From Dendrobates tinctorius (lineage: Eukaryota): a stretch of 64,000 nt of DNA. Positions 49,550 to 62,304 of the stretch are shown here, piece by piece. The stretch spans positions 19,840,001-19,904,000 of the forward strand of contig NW_027361794.1 of the NCBI RefSeq assembly GCF_039654945.1, in the 5' to 3' direction. Each line of letters begins with the position of its first letter. Position 1 is the stretch's first letter. The position numbers and the translations under genes were made by a program. The notes below the pieces were generated by a model. It saw only the letters and a list, made by a program, of their open reading frames with translations, was not told the origin of the DNA and did no database searches.

Positions 49550-51822
49550 TGTAGGGATCTGTACTCAGCTGCTGTTGAGGTAGGCACATGAAGAGGTATC
49601 ACTGGAATGTCCAAGCAAGTTTATTTTAACGGCATAAACTGCTCTGGTTAGAAAAAAGAAATGAACAGCCTTTTCTGGTACAAAGTAACAAACAGGAAAA
49701 AAAATACTCAGTCCATGTAGTAGAGTGGTTCCACCCGCACAGGTCAGTGTCTTTAGCACACACAATGGAGGTCTCCACACCTCCAGCCCCAGACACTGAA
49801 TGAGGCAATTGGCCTCCATTTTATTCAGCAAAGCACAACTCTGGTGTGGGTATATGTGAGCGGTCATTCCCACGCATCTCTTATAACCACTCGTAATACT
49901 CTGCCCTGGAGCGGCCCAAACAATCCTCTCAGCACTATATGTGCTGGAGCATATTTCCAAGCTCGCATCACTGCAGCTAATAGCCGTGATGACACATATC
50001 TCCCATCAATGACTTGCTCGGAGGTCATCTTGCATACCCTCCCCCTCTGTCCAAAGCTGGAGGGCTTGGCACCTTCTGCCAAAAACAGTTGATCCTCGAC
50101 ACAGCATCAGCATTGCCATGCAGTTTCCTTGACCTATGCTCCACATGGAAGTTGAAATCCTGAAGCGCTAGGAACAACCTGGTCACTCAGGCATTGTTCA
50201 CTTTTTTCTCCCTCATCCACTTCAGTGAGGCATGGTCTGACACCAGTCTGAACTTCCTGCCTTAGAGAGTCCAATGCCCACTTGATGGCTAAACACTCCT
50301 CCTCTATGGAGTAGTTTTTCTCACATGATAATAACTTTTGGCTGAGATACATTATGGAGTGCTCTTCCCCCATTCACCTCTTGGGACCAGACATCTCCCA
50401 GCCCGACATCTGACGCTTCCATCTTGACCACAAATTCCTTTGAGAAATCAGGTGCTACCAGCACCGCTGTTGACACAGGGCCAGCTTCAGTTCCTGGAAG
50501 GCTGTCTCAGTTTCTGGAGACCACTTCTGTCTGTCAGAGAGGCAGCTACCATGGCGAAGTTTGGAATAAATGGGCAGTAATAGCCCACAATGCCCAGGAA
50601 TGCCCTCACCTATTTTTTTGAGAGGGGTTGTGGCCAGTCCTAGATTGCATCAACTTTGTTTATTTGAAACTTTATTTTGCCCATGCCTACAACATAGCCC
50701 AAGTATCTTGCCTCCTCCATTCCTAAGGCACATTTTCTTGGGTTTATAGAAAACCCTGCCATCCGTAGAGCATCAAATACGGCCTGGACTTTACTCAGAT
50801 GGCTCCCCATATCCTGGCTGAAGATTACAATGTCATCCAGGTAGGCCACCACGTACCTTTTGTGGGAGGCTAGGACCTGGTGCATGGCTCTCTGGAATGT
50901 AGCAGGAGCGCCAAATGGCATCCTTGTATAATGGAAGCACCCATCTGTCATTGAAAAGGCAGTCTTCTCCTTGGCATCTTGGGACATAGGAATTTGCAAA
51001 TAACCATTTTGTGAGGTCAAGAGTAGTAATGTACCGAGCCGGCCCTAGTCTCTCAGTTAGTTCATCGACCCAGGGCATTGGGTAAGCATCGCACTTGGAG
51101 ACTTCATTCAGCTTCTTATATTCATTGCAAAACCACCATTCCCCATCGGGTTTCAGCACTAAGACTATTGGACTGGACCAGACACTCTTGGACTTTTCGA
51201 TAACTCCCAGGCTCAGCATCCGCTTTACTTCCTTCGGGATTACCTTCCGACGAGTTTCCAGGATCTGATATGGCTTCACGTTGACCCAGACCTGAGGCTC
51301 CGAAAGGAACTTATGCTCTATAACCTTCATACACCCCTGAAGTTCTTCCTTTGCAGCAACTCCTGGCACTGATGCTTCTGCAAGGGGGATAAGGTGTCTG
51401 CCACCTTGACATCCTCTGCACTGACATTGGACTTGGCCAGCAAGCAAGTGGCTTCTTCAGGTACTCTGTCCTGCCCAGTTTGATTAGGTTCACATAGTAC
51501 ACCTGGTAGGGCTTTCGCCTCCCTGGTTGATGCATTTTGTAGCTGACCTCCCCAACTTTCTCCACTACCTCATAGGGACCATGCCACTTGGCCAAGAATT
51601 TTTGTGTCTACTGTGGGTACCAGCATCAATACTCGATCTCCCGGGTTGAAGTGTCTCATCCCTGCAGGCCTATTGTAGAGCCTCGACTGTGCCTTATGTG
51701 ATTTGAGGAGGTATTCTCTCACGAGGGGCATCACCATGGCAATCTTCTCTTTCATCTGAGCCACATGCTCAATTACACTCTGGTAAGGTGTACACTCCAC
51801 CTCCCACATCTCTTTTGCTACG
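49550..51822 (-). mobile_element. Degenerate Gmr1-type Gypsy, 3' part (IN end, RT, RH, PPT, 3' LTR 49550-50034)
   Basis: PGDRVLMLVP and GPYEVVEK (IN) lie upstream of WSSPIVLV and AYLDDIVIF (RT) and ECLAIKWAL (RH). Purine tract next to the LTR. Confidence 0.9.
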
Positions 51823-52088
51823 TCGAGGAGCACGTTTTGACGATGCGGCGACCTGCGCCGAACACAACGTGTTGCAATTTGTTTTTGTCGCTGCATCATC
51901 AAAACGACGCATGTGGACGCATCCGCATATATCCACACAGCCTGCATACTAATGTTAAAGATAGGTACACAGGCCACATGCAGACGTAGGCGGAACTGAA
52001 TGGAGGAGGTGCGGCCATAGGCTGAGCTTCACGGAGGAAGTCTGCAGCCCTCCGCAGCTCTGCCGAACGCTAGTGTGAAACAAGCCTT
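51823..52088. mobile_element. Partial Harbinger-type MITE
   Basis: Ends cgctagtgtgaaacaagcctta, similar to the TIR of the 55069 MITE. The other end was not found. Confidence 0.5.
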
Positions 52089-52249
52089 AATGAACTGTAC
52101 GGTCACCCACGGGAACTGGACGGAGTATGGTCCAGCGTGTTTAGAGACAGCAAAGTTAATGTTACTGTATGTTCCAGTGATGAACGTAATGGACTGTTCC
52201 TGGTACGATTTATGATTGCATAATTAACAGCATGGACCTGTTTATATGA

Positions 52250-52930
52250 GAAAACCGTTACTGTGTGCCTTCATCTCGTTGCCAAGTGAGGGTCACCCAA
52301 CACATGCAGTAAGCGCTGTCTCACAGTTCTGATCAAAATATTTTTTTTACAAGAAAGTCAAATTGTGACTAAACGTTTGTGGGATAAGCGGCTATAATGT
52401 TAAGGAAACGTTTAATACATTTTCTGGGCAACCTAGATCCCTGCTTTCTAACAAAACATCGTTGTCTACAGATCCAAATTCCACTGTAATGTTTTCAACT
52501 CCATACAGTCCTCAATTTCATTAAATTAAAACTATTGTGAAAAAATACCTACCGGTAATTGATTAGGATGAAAAATTACATCAGATTATTGGGACTGGCT
52601 GCAGATATGTAGCCAAAAGGGGTTTCAGTCTAGGCAATTCACTCTCCCCCAGCCTACTTAAACAACACTCAGCTTCTAAATCATGGCTGTCTACAACCGA
52701 CTTTTACAAATGTACCGGTAGTCATTGTAACGTGTGTGTTTATGCATTAGACAAAACTAAAACAATTCAATCTTTTTGCTTTTCATGCTTTTGAAAAAAT
52801 TTACAATCCTATTTGAGGTGGGAATAAGCAAAAATTGTTAACCACACGGGAAGCTTTTTGGATCTTGAAGCTAGATACCAAATACCCTAGGGGCATGAAC
52901 TCGAGAAACTATTTATTTTATATTTATTGA
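52250..52930 (+). mobile_element. Penelope-like element remnant (RT C-terminus, linker, end of GIY-YIG domain)
   Basis: Translated by eye: FSTPYSPQF..IVKKYLP, AKRGFSLGNSLSPS, FYKCTGSHCNVC, REAFWILKLDTKYPRGMN. Confidence 0.72.
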
Positions 52931-52939
52931 CATGTTCTT

Positions 52940-54450
52940 AAAAATAAAGTCTTTTAATGAAATAATTAAACACACAGGTTTGCCATCTTTATTAAACTTC
53001 CAATCCAAGCGAAGCCCTCATTCTCCTGTATGTAATAAAAAATAAAAATGCAACAATATATCATACCTGTCCACTGTACAGTCAAGTCCCACGCTGTAAT
53101 CCATCTCAGGTCAGGCGGGGCCACTGTGCAGCCTCAGTGACATCAGCGGTGGTCACTGAGGCTGCGCAGACTCACCGCCTGAACCTCGGTGAACTCGGCA
53201 GCGTGGGAAAATGTTCAGAATCTTTCCCACACTACTTTCATCTCCGGTAAGGCTGGGAAACAACTTTTCAGTCATTCCGCAGTAGTTTACAGCCGGGGTG
53301 ATAGCATTAGCACCACTCCCGGTTGTAAACTATTTAACCCCCTGAGATGGATTGCAGAGTTGGACATGACTGTACGGCGGATAGGTATGGAATATTGTTG
53401 CTTTTTTATTTATTTTCTTTTTTTTAACAGCAGAACAAGGGCTTTGATTGGGTTGGGAGTTTAACAAAGATGGCAAAAATGTGTGTTTCACTATTTCATT
53501 AAAATACTTTTATTAACCCTTTCATACTATAAGATTAATAATGGATAGGTGTCAATATGACAGCTATCATTATTAACCGCCTTAGTGTCACCTTACAATA
53601 GCAAGGTGACATTAACCCCTTATTACCCCATATGCCACCGCTACACGGCAATGGGAAGAGAGAGGCTAAGTGCCAGAATTGGTGCATCTTACAGATGCGC
53701 CTCTTCTGGGGTGGCTGGGGGCAGATTTTTTAGCCAGGGGGGCCAATAGCCATGGTCCCTCTCTAGGCAATTAATATCTGCCCTCAGTCACTGGCTTTCC
53801 CTCTCTGGTGGAGAAAATTGAGAGGGATCCCACACAATTTTTTCCTGTGAATTCTTTAATTCAACACCTACAGCTTCAATATTTTACACACACACACACA
53901 CTAATCACATTATTAGTTAGGGACATATATAAATCTAACTGATATGCAATGGTTTACTGTATGTAAGCCATGTCTCATATCCTGTCTGCTTCTGCAATGA
54001 TTTTACAGAAGCCGACAATTGAATTATCACCTATTCTGCTATCGATATCTCTATGAAATATAAATATATATATATGTGTGTGTGTCAAATATATATATAT
54101 ATATATATATATATACACTGTGTATACATGTATTCTTTCCTGTTTTAACCTGTCAGTGAGATTTTACAGTATACCGCACGGAATTGACTGCTTTTCTAAA
54201 GGATACCGGTGCATATTTCTCGCAAGTCACACGCATGGTTTGTGTGTAATCCATTTTTTTATCGCACCCATAGATTTGTATTGGCGAGTCTTGGCCGAGA
54301 TACGGTGCAAATCGCAGCATGCTGCGATTTCACCCACACATATAAAATGGGCGAGAAAAAAACGGATGATGGGAGCTGCCCCATAGATTAACGTTGGCCC
54401 GAGTGCTAAGCGATTTTTTTTTTTTGCATAGCACTCGTCTGTATTTTAAA
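52940..54450. mobile_element. Non-autonomous DNA-transposon remnant with an internal ~570-bp inverted repeat
   Basis: ttttaatgaaata...tttgccatcttt.ttaaact (52950) mirrors agtttaacaaagatggcaaa...tatttcattaaaa (53460-53505). Termini not defined. Confidence 0.5.
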
Positions 54451-55068
54451 GAGTGGTCAGATTTAAAAAATTTGGCTCTGTCAGCCAGGGTTTTTGTTGC
54501 AGCCGCTCCTGTGCCGTCCCTGCGGTGTACATCTATGTTCTGGGGCCCAAAAGAGCAAAAAAAATTTTAAAAAAGTTTCACTTGTTAAAAAACAATGAAA
54601 TGTGCCTTCTGCTTTTTATGTTTTTTTACTTTTGCAGGAATTGTTGGAGCCAATTTTCTTTTGAAATATTTTAATATCTGTTTTTTTTTCTGGTGTTTTT
54701 CTTGTAATATAGGAAAGCCTAAGGCCAGAAATAGCCCCATAAAACACTGTACATGGAGACTTTGGGATCAAATAATTTTTGTCCGTTGTGTTTGTGCAAA
54801 AGAAAAACCTTTTCTAAAAGCCTCAAACTTCTGTGTGTGACTCAGACCTGAGATCTAACTTGATAGAAGATTACAGTGCGGGGAAGACGGGAAACCTTCA
54901 TATAGACGGCCGGTGGGGATGGAGTCAGTGACGGACTCCGGCCAAATATGTTTCTGGAGCCGTAGTAGAAGATGTAGATGTCGTCCTCATCATGAAGTAG
55001 TTATTTCTCCTGTCACGTGTAATGAATATCTCCTGCAGTATTGCTAATGCCGATTCCAGTGTCGGTTA

Positions 55069-55613
55069 GGCTAGTTTCACATTAGCGTTTTTTGCGCAGG
55101 GCATCGTGCGCATAAAAAACGCAAAGAAAAACGCAAAACACGTGCTTTTTTTAGCATCATGCGTACGCTGATGCGTCAAAAAAACGCAGCGTTGCTTGCG
55201 TTTTACATGCGTTTTTGCATGCGTTTGCGTTTTTTATGCACATGCGTTTTTAGGTGTGACATTTTTTCCATTGTCTAGACCACATTCCAGACTTGTTTAC
55301 CTCAAAAACGCATGCGCAAAAAAACACAAAGCGTGCGCAAGACCATGCGCATGCATGCGTTCCCATAGACTTCAATGTGTTGTTTTTGCGCATTCTGTGC
55401 GCAAGCGTGCGCATGCGTTTTTTTGACGAGACATGTCGGACCAAAAAATGCAACATGTTGCGTCTGGCGCGCCTGGCGCGAAAGACAAAAAATGCATGCG
55501 CACGAAAACGCAAGTGTGCGCAAGACCATGCGCACGTCATGTTAAACATAGGTGCGCATGCACACGGGTGCGCACAATGCGCTGCGCACAAAAGCGCTAA
55601 TGTGAAACCAGCC
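55069..55613. mobile_element. Harbinger-type MITE
   Basis: TIR ggctagtttcacattagcg / cgctaatgtgaaaccagcc, TTA/TAA flanks, internal aaaacgcatgcg palindromic repeats. Confidence 0.85.
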
Positions 55614-55925
55614 TAAATGAGACAAGAATTAATGTTATGGAAGATGAGTCTATGAGAAACGTATTCAGCTGCCGACTCCGAGGAAGAAACTGCTTGTTGT
55701 CTGTGGCCTAAATATATAGGTTTTATTAGTAGATGTAAAGAAGGAAACCAAATACTGTAAAATAATAAATCTCCTCATATGTTCCCCTTATTATCTCCAG
55801 CAATTGTATTATTACACAGGATTTTTATGATGTTACATCGGATCATCTTCTCATTCAGGTCTCTACAATATCAGATCCTCTCAGATCTTCTACATAAGAG
55901 AATTTTCCTGAATTACCCATCAAAG

Positions 55926-56003
55926 ATGGATATGGACAGAGACAAGATGGCGGAGAGGATATTACACCTCACCCTAGAGATCCTCTTCCGGCTTACTGGA
56001 GAG
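55926..56003 (+). CDS. KRAB zinc-finger gene (XlCOF/XlCGF-like), coding exon 1 (exon starts at 55859)
   Basis: Acceptor ttctcattcag at 55858, ATG at 55926, MDMDRDKMAERILHLTLEILFRLTGE, donor GAG|gtgaga, phase 0. Confidence 0.9.
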
Positions 56004-56068
56004 GTGAGAGATTCTGATGACGTCACATTACATAGTAGCATAGTTATTAAGGTTGAAGGAAGACTTTA

Positions 56069-57631
56069 CACTGTGTTCCAAATTATTATGCAAATGATAT
56101 TTTTCTCTGATTTTCCTAAGTGGTCGGTGCAAATGACAGTCAGTCTAATAAAAGTCATCACCTGTTAGAGTATACATCAAATTTTATTGAAGAAACCTCC
56201 CAATGATAACAGTATAATCTCCAAAATGAAACTCAAATTGCACTGTTCCAAATTATTAGGCACAGTAGAATTTCTTAACATTTGATATGTTTTATAGAAC
56301 TGAAAATGCTCATTTGTGGAATTTGCAGCATTAGGAGGTCACATTCACTGAACAAAAAGGATATTTTGGAGTTAAATAGCTTAACAGGCCAAGTTAGATG
56401 TTAACATAGGAACCCTTCTTTGATATCACCTTCACAATTCTTGCATCCATTGAACGTGGGAGTTTTTGGAGAGTTTCTGCTTGTATTTCTTTACATGGTG
56501 TCAGAATAGCCTCCCAGAGTTGCTGTCTTGATGTGAACTGCCTCCCTCAGAGACCTTTTGCTTGATGATACTCCAAAGGTTCTCTATAGGGTTGAGGTCA
56601 GGGGAAGATGGTGGCCACACCATGAGTTTATCTCCTTTTATGCCCATAGCAGCCAATGACTCAGAGGTATTCTTTGCAGCATGAGATGGTGCGTTGTCGT
56701 GCATGAAGATTATTTTGCTCCTGAAGGCACATTTCTGCTTTTTATACCATGGAAGAAAGCTGTCAGTCAGAAACTCTATATACTTTGCAGAGGTCATTTT
56801 CACACCTTCAGGAACCTTAAAGAGCCCTACCAGCTGTTTCCCCATGATTCTGGCCAAAAAAACATGACTCCTCCACCTCCTTGCTGATGTCGCAGCCTTG
56901 TTGGGACATAGTGGCCATCCACCAACCATCCACTACTCCATCCATCTGGACCATCCAGGGTTGCTCGACACTCATCAGTAAACAAGACTGTTTGAAAATT
57001 AGTCTTCATGTATGTCTGGGCCCACTGCAACCATTTCTGCTTGTGAACACTGTTTAGGGGTGGCCGAATAGTAGGTTTATGCACCACTGCAAGCCTTTGA
57101 AGGATCCTACACCTTGAGGTTTGAGGGACTCCAGAGGCACCAGCAGCTTTAAATATCTGTTTGCTGGTTTGTAATGGCTTTTTAGCAGCCACGATCTTAA
57201 TCCAATGAACTTGCCCGGCAGAAACCTTCCTCATTCTGCCTTTATCAGCACAAACATGTCTGTGTTTAGAATCAACCACAAATCTCTTAACAGTACAATG
57301 ATCACGTTTAAATTTTTGGGAAATATCTAATGTTTTCATCTCTTGACCAAGGCATTGCACTATTTGATGTTTTTCAGCAGCAGAGAGGTCCTTTTTCTTT
57401 CCTAAATTCCTTGAAACCTGTGCCCTGCTTAATAATGTGGAACATCATTCTTAAGTAGTTTTCCTTTAATTGAGCTCACCTGGCAAACTAATTATCACAG
57501 GCGTTTGAGATTGATTTCAGTGATCCAAAGAGCCCTGATACACAATAGCATCTATGAGTTTATTTGAAAAACAAAAAATAACATCTTTAGGACACTTAAA
57601 TCCAATTTGCATAATAATTTGGAACACAGTG
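56069..57631 (-). mobile_element. Full-length but frameshifted Tc1-like element, DD37E (TRT-type spacing)
   Basis: 27-bp TIR cactgtgttccaaattattatgcaaat, TA TSD. FTDECRATLDGPDGW; FMHDNAPSH...PDLNPIE with 37 residues between D and E. Confidence 0.92.
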
Positions 57632-58333
57632 TAAGTCCATCCAGTTCAACCCATATCCTGTCCTAACCTGCCCTAACTTGTTGATTCAGAGGAAGGAAAA
57701 AAAACCCATGTGGCAAACAGTAAGCTCCACATTGGGGAAAACATTCCTTCCCGACTCCACATACGGCAATCAGACTAGCTCCCTGGATCAACGCAATATT
57801 AAGGAAACTAGTGTATATACCCTGTAATATTATACTTTTCAAGAAAGGCATCCAGACCCTTCTTACATTTTAGGAGGGAATCACTCATTACAACATCATA
57901 TGGCAGAGAGTTCCATAGTCTCACTGCTCTTACAGTAAAGAATCCGCGTCTGTGAGTATGCTTAAACCTTCTTTCCTCCAGACGTAGAGGATGCCCCCTT
58001 GTCCCCATCACAGGTCTAAGAGTAAAAAGATCATTAGAAAGGTCTTTGTATTGTCCCCGCATATACAGTATTTATACATTGTTATAAGATCACCCCTAAG
58101 CCTTCGATTCTCCAAACTAAATAACCCCAAGTGTAATAACCTGTCTTGGTATTGCAGACCCCCTAGTTCCCTAATAACCTTGGTCGCTCTTCTCTGCACC
58201 CGCTCCAGTTCAGCTATGTCTTTCTTATACACCGGAGACCAGAACTGTACACAGTATTCTAAGTGTGGTCGCACTAGTGACTTATATAGAGGTAAAATTA
58301 TGTTCTCCTCATGAGCATCTATGCCTCTTTTAA

Positions 58334-60438
58334 CCCCTTAAGCCCCAAGGGTGGTTTGCACGTTAATGACGGGGCCATTTTTTACAATTCTGACCACTGT
58401 CCCTTTATGAGGTAATAACTCTGAAACGCTTCCATGGATCCCGGTGATTCTGACAATGTTTTCTCGTGACATATTGTACTTCATGTTAGTGGTAAAATTT
58501 CATTCAAATAACTTGCGTTTATTTGTGAAAAAAACGGAAATTTGGTGAAAGTTTTGAAAATTTTGCAATTTTCCTACTTTGAATTTTTATGCCCTTAAAT
58601 CAAAGAGATACAGCACACAAGAAACTTGATAACTAACATTTCCCACATGTTTACTTTACTTTACGCTGATACCCCATATGTTGATGTAGACCACTATTCG
58701 GGCGCATGGCAGAGCTCAGAAGGGAAGCAGCGCCATTTGACGTTTTTGGCTGGAATTGAGATCGGACACCATGTCGCGTTTGGAGAGCCCCTGATGTACT
58801 AAAACAGTGGAAACCCCCCACAAATGACACCATTTTGGAAACTAGACCCCCCAAGGAACTTATCTAGATGTGTGTTGAGCACTTTGACCCCCCCAGTGCT
58901 TCACAGAAGTTTATAACGCCCGGGCGTGAAAATAAAAAAATCTTATTTTTTCCACAAACATGATCTTTTAGTCACCAATTTTTTTATTTTCCCAAGGGTA
59001 ACAGGAGAAATTGGACCCCAAAAGTTGTTGTCCAATTTGTCCTGAGTACGCTGATACCCCATATGTGGGAGAAAACTACTGTATGGGCACACGTCGGGGC
59101 TCGGAAGGGAAGTAGTGACGTTTTGGAATGCAGACTTTGATGGAATGGTCTGCGGCTGTCATGTGCATTTGGAGAGCCCCTGATGTACCTAAACTATTGA
59201 AACTCCCCACAAGTGACCCCATTTTGGAAACTAGACCCCCCACGGAACTTATCTAGATGTGTGGTGAGCACTTTGAACCCCCAAGTGCTTCACAGAAGTT
59301 TATAACGCCTGGGCGTGAAAATAAAAAGATCATTTTTTTCCACAAAAATGATATTTTTGCCCCCAATTTTTTTTATGGGGAACAGGAGAAATTAGACCAC
59401 AAAAGTTGTTTTGCAATTTGTCCTGAGTAGGCTGATACCCTATATGTGGGGGTAAAACACTGTTTGGGCGCATGGCAGAGCTTGGAAGGGAAGGACCACC
59501 ATTTGACTTTTTCAACTCAGAATTGACTGGAATTGAGATCAGACGCCATGTTGCATTTGGAGAGCACCTGATGTGCCCAAACAGTGGAAACCCCCCAATT
59601 CTAACTCCAACCCTAACCCCAACACACCCCTAACCCTAATCTCAGCCCTAACCCTAGCCCTAACCCTAACCCTAACCCTAGCCCTAACCCTAATGGGAAC
59701 ATGGAAATAAATACATTTTCTTTTAATTTTATTATTTTTCCCTTACTAAGGGGGTGATAACGGGGGTTTGATTTACTATTTATGGTGGGTTTTTATGTTT
59801 GGCGGCTGTCGCACGCTAAAAGACGCTTTTTATTGTAAAAATAACTTTTGCATCACCACATATTGAGAGCTATAATTTTTCTGTATTTTGACCCACTGAG
59901 TCATGTGAGGTCTTATTTTTTGCGGGACGAGTTGATGTTTTTATTGGTACCATTTTTGGGCACGTGACATCTGATCAGCGATCTGTCACAGGCAGTGCAG
60001 CAGGCTTCATCGTGCCTGCGCTTTGCAGGCACTGAGGAAGCCGGCTCCCTGCAGGCCCCCGAAGGTCCCCATCGCCATCTTGGATTCGGGGGCCTGCAGG
60101 GAAGGAGCCCGCCGCAGCAGCGCTGCACATTGCTCTGCCATGGGGGGCTCAGGGAAGCACGGAGGGAGCCCCCTCCCTGACGATGCTTCCTTTTAACCCC
60201 CCATACACCGTGATCGTGTTTGATCGCGGTGTGCAAGGGGTTAACATGTCGGGGGCGGTCCGTGACCGCCCCTGACACATTGTGTCGGGTGTCAGCTGTG
60301 ATAATCAGCTGACACCTGGCCGCGATCAGCGGCGCTCAGCACGTGGGTGCCGCTGATCGCTATGACGTACTATCCCGTCCCTGGGAATTAAGTCCCAGGG
60401 CACATGGATGGGATAGTATGTCTCATGGCAGAAAGGGG
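58334..60438. mobile_element. Non-autonomous piggyBac-type element
   Basis: TTAA|CCCCTT...AAGGGG|TTAA; removing it restores CR1 continuity. Three ~385-bp internal repeats (58663, 59048, 59430). Confidence 0.88.
59606..59693. repeat. Degenerate (CCCTAA)n telomere-like tract
   Basis: About 13 CCCTAA/CCCTAG-like units inside the piggyBac-type element. Confidence 0.9.
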
Positions 60439-61834
60439 TTAATGCATCCCATTATTTTATTTGCCTTTGCAGCAGCTGCCTGACACTGGCCACTAAATGG
60501 GAGTTTGTCGTCCACCCATACACCCAGGTCTTTTTCAGTGACAGTTTTTCACAGTGTTTTACAATTAAGCACATAATTATACATCTTATTTCTTCTGCCC
60601 AAGTCCATGACCTTACATTTATCCCCATTAAAGCTTATTTGCCATTTATCAGCCCAAGCTTCTAGTTTACATAAATCCTCCTGTAATATAAAATTGTCCT
60701 CCTCTGTGTTGATTACCCTGCAGAGTTTAGTGCCATCTGAAAATATTGAAATTCTACTCTGTATGCCTCCTACAAGGTCATTAATAAATATGTTAAAAAG
60801 AAGCGGGCCCAATACTGACCCCTGCTGTACCCCACTGCTAACCGTGACCCAGTCCGAGTGTGCTCCATTAATAACCACCCTTTATTTCCTATCCCTGAGC
60901 CAGCTCTTAACCCACTTACACATATTTTCCCCTATTTTCCCCTATCCCCATTGTTCTCATTTTATGTATTAACCTATGTGTGGCACCGTATCAAAAGCTT
61001 TTGAAAAGTCCATATACACTATGTCCACTACGTTCCCTTGGTCCAGTCCGGAACTTACCGCTTCATAAAAGATTATCAGATTAGTCTGACAGGAACGGTC
61101 CCTTGTAAACCCATGTTGATATTGGGTCATGAGGTTATTCTTCTTCAGATACTCCAGTATAGTATGTCTTAGAAAACCCTCCAGGATTTTACACACAGTT
61201 GAGGTTAAACTTACTGGCCTATAATTTCCAAGTTCAGTTTTTGTCCCCTTTTTGAATATTGGCACCACATTTGCTATACGCCAGTCCTGTGGTACAGACC
61301 CTGTTATTATGCAATCTTTAAAGATTAAAAATAATGGTCTATCTATGACTGTAGTACTCGGGGGTGTATCCCATCCGGGCCCTGGGATTTGTCAATTTTA
61401 GTGATTTTTAGACACCACCATACTTCCTGCTGGGTTAAGCAGGTGACATTTAATGGAGAATTTTTTTTTATCACTGATCATGTTATCCGTCATGGGATTT
61501 TCTTGTATAAATACTGTTGAAAAAAAGTCATTTAGCATATTGGCTTTTTTCTCATCCTCATCCACCATTTCACTCAGAATATTTTGAAGGGGGCCAACAG
61601 TATCATTTTTTAGTTTCTTACTATTTATGTATTTAAAGAATATTTTCTGATTATTTTTACTTTTTCTGGCAATGAGTCTCTCTGTCTCAATCTTTGCTGC
61701 CTTATTTGCTTTTTACAGAATTTATTTAATTTTACATCATTCTTATCTAAGGTAATAACAGATGGACAGAACTGGAGAGGTGAGGACTCTGGAAATGTCT
61801 GTAGTGAGATTTATTAATGTCTCTTCATAACCAG

Positions 61835-62014
61835 GATTACACAGTAGTGAAGAAGACCTCTAGTGAGCGCTGTCAGGACCCTGTGTCTGAGGGATGCGGA
61901 AGACCCCTGAGCCCAATCACGGGACCTCCACCTCACCCCCTGATACATGAGGACATCAATGACCAGAAGATCCTAGAACTCGTCTACAAGATGATTGAGC
62001 TGCTGACTGGAGAG
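61835..62014 (+). CDS. KRAB zinc-finger gene, coding exon 2
   Basis: cag|GAT...GAG|gt, 180 nt, DYTVVKKTSSERCQ...KILELVYKMIELLTGE, phase 0/0. Confidence 0.92.
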
Positions 62015-62097
62015 GTGACACTGCTGGGAATGCTGGGACATTATACAGTAATGCTATGAAGGGATCAGGTTGTTGATGGTATCATTGTATGTGTCAG

Positions 62098-62221
62098 GTT
62101 CCTATAAGGTGTCAGGATGTTGCTGTCTATTTCTGCATGGAAGAGTGGGAGTATTTAGAAGGACACAAAGATCTGTACAAGGACGTCATGATGGAGGTTC
62201 CCCAGCCCCTCACATCACCAG
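62098..62221 (+). CDS. KRAB zinc-finger gene, coding exon 3 (KRAB-A-like box)
   Basis: 124 nt, [41 protein letters not shown], phase 0/1, AG/GT boundaries. Confidence 0.93.
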
Positions 62222-62304
62222 GTAATAGACAGGACTAAATACACATGGCCTATAATTATCTGTATGTAAAGAATGAATTCAGTCGCTGTATGTGTTTCCT
62301 CCAG

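Larger units (their letters stand above)
56034..61731 (-). mobile_element. 5'-truncated CR1 LINE in a ZNF intron, with two nested DNA transposons
   Basis: NYRPVSLTS, DFSKAFDTVPH, QGSVLGPLLFNIFIND, RPHLEYCVQFWSP, RAVRLWNSLP. 3' tail (ctatg-type repeat) at 56034; probable TSD ttacat. Confidence 0.92.

Noticed and set aside
55779-56168. 129-aa ORF as a single-exon gene
   Set aside because: It reads through intron, exon 55859-56003, intron and transposon ends; only 55926-56003 is coding.
59606-59693. True telomere or chromosome fusion site
   Set aside because: The tract is short, degenerate, in one orientation only, and internal to a transposon.
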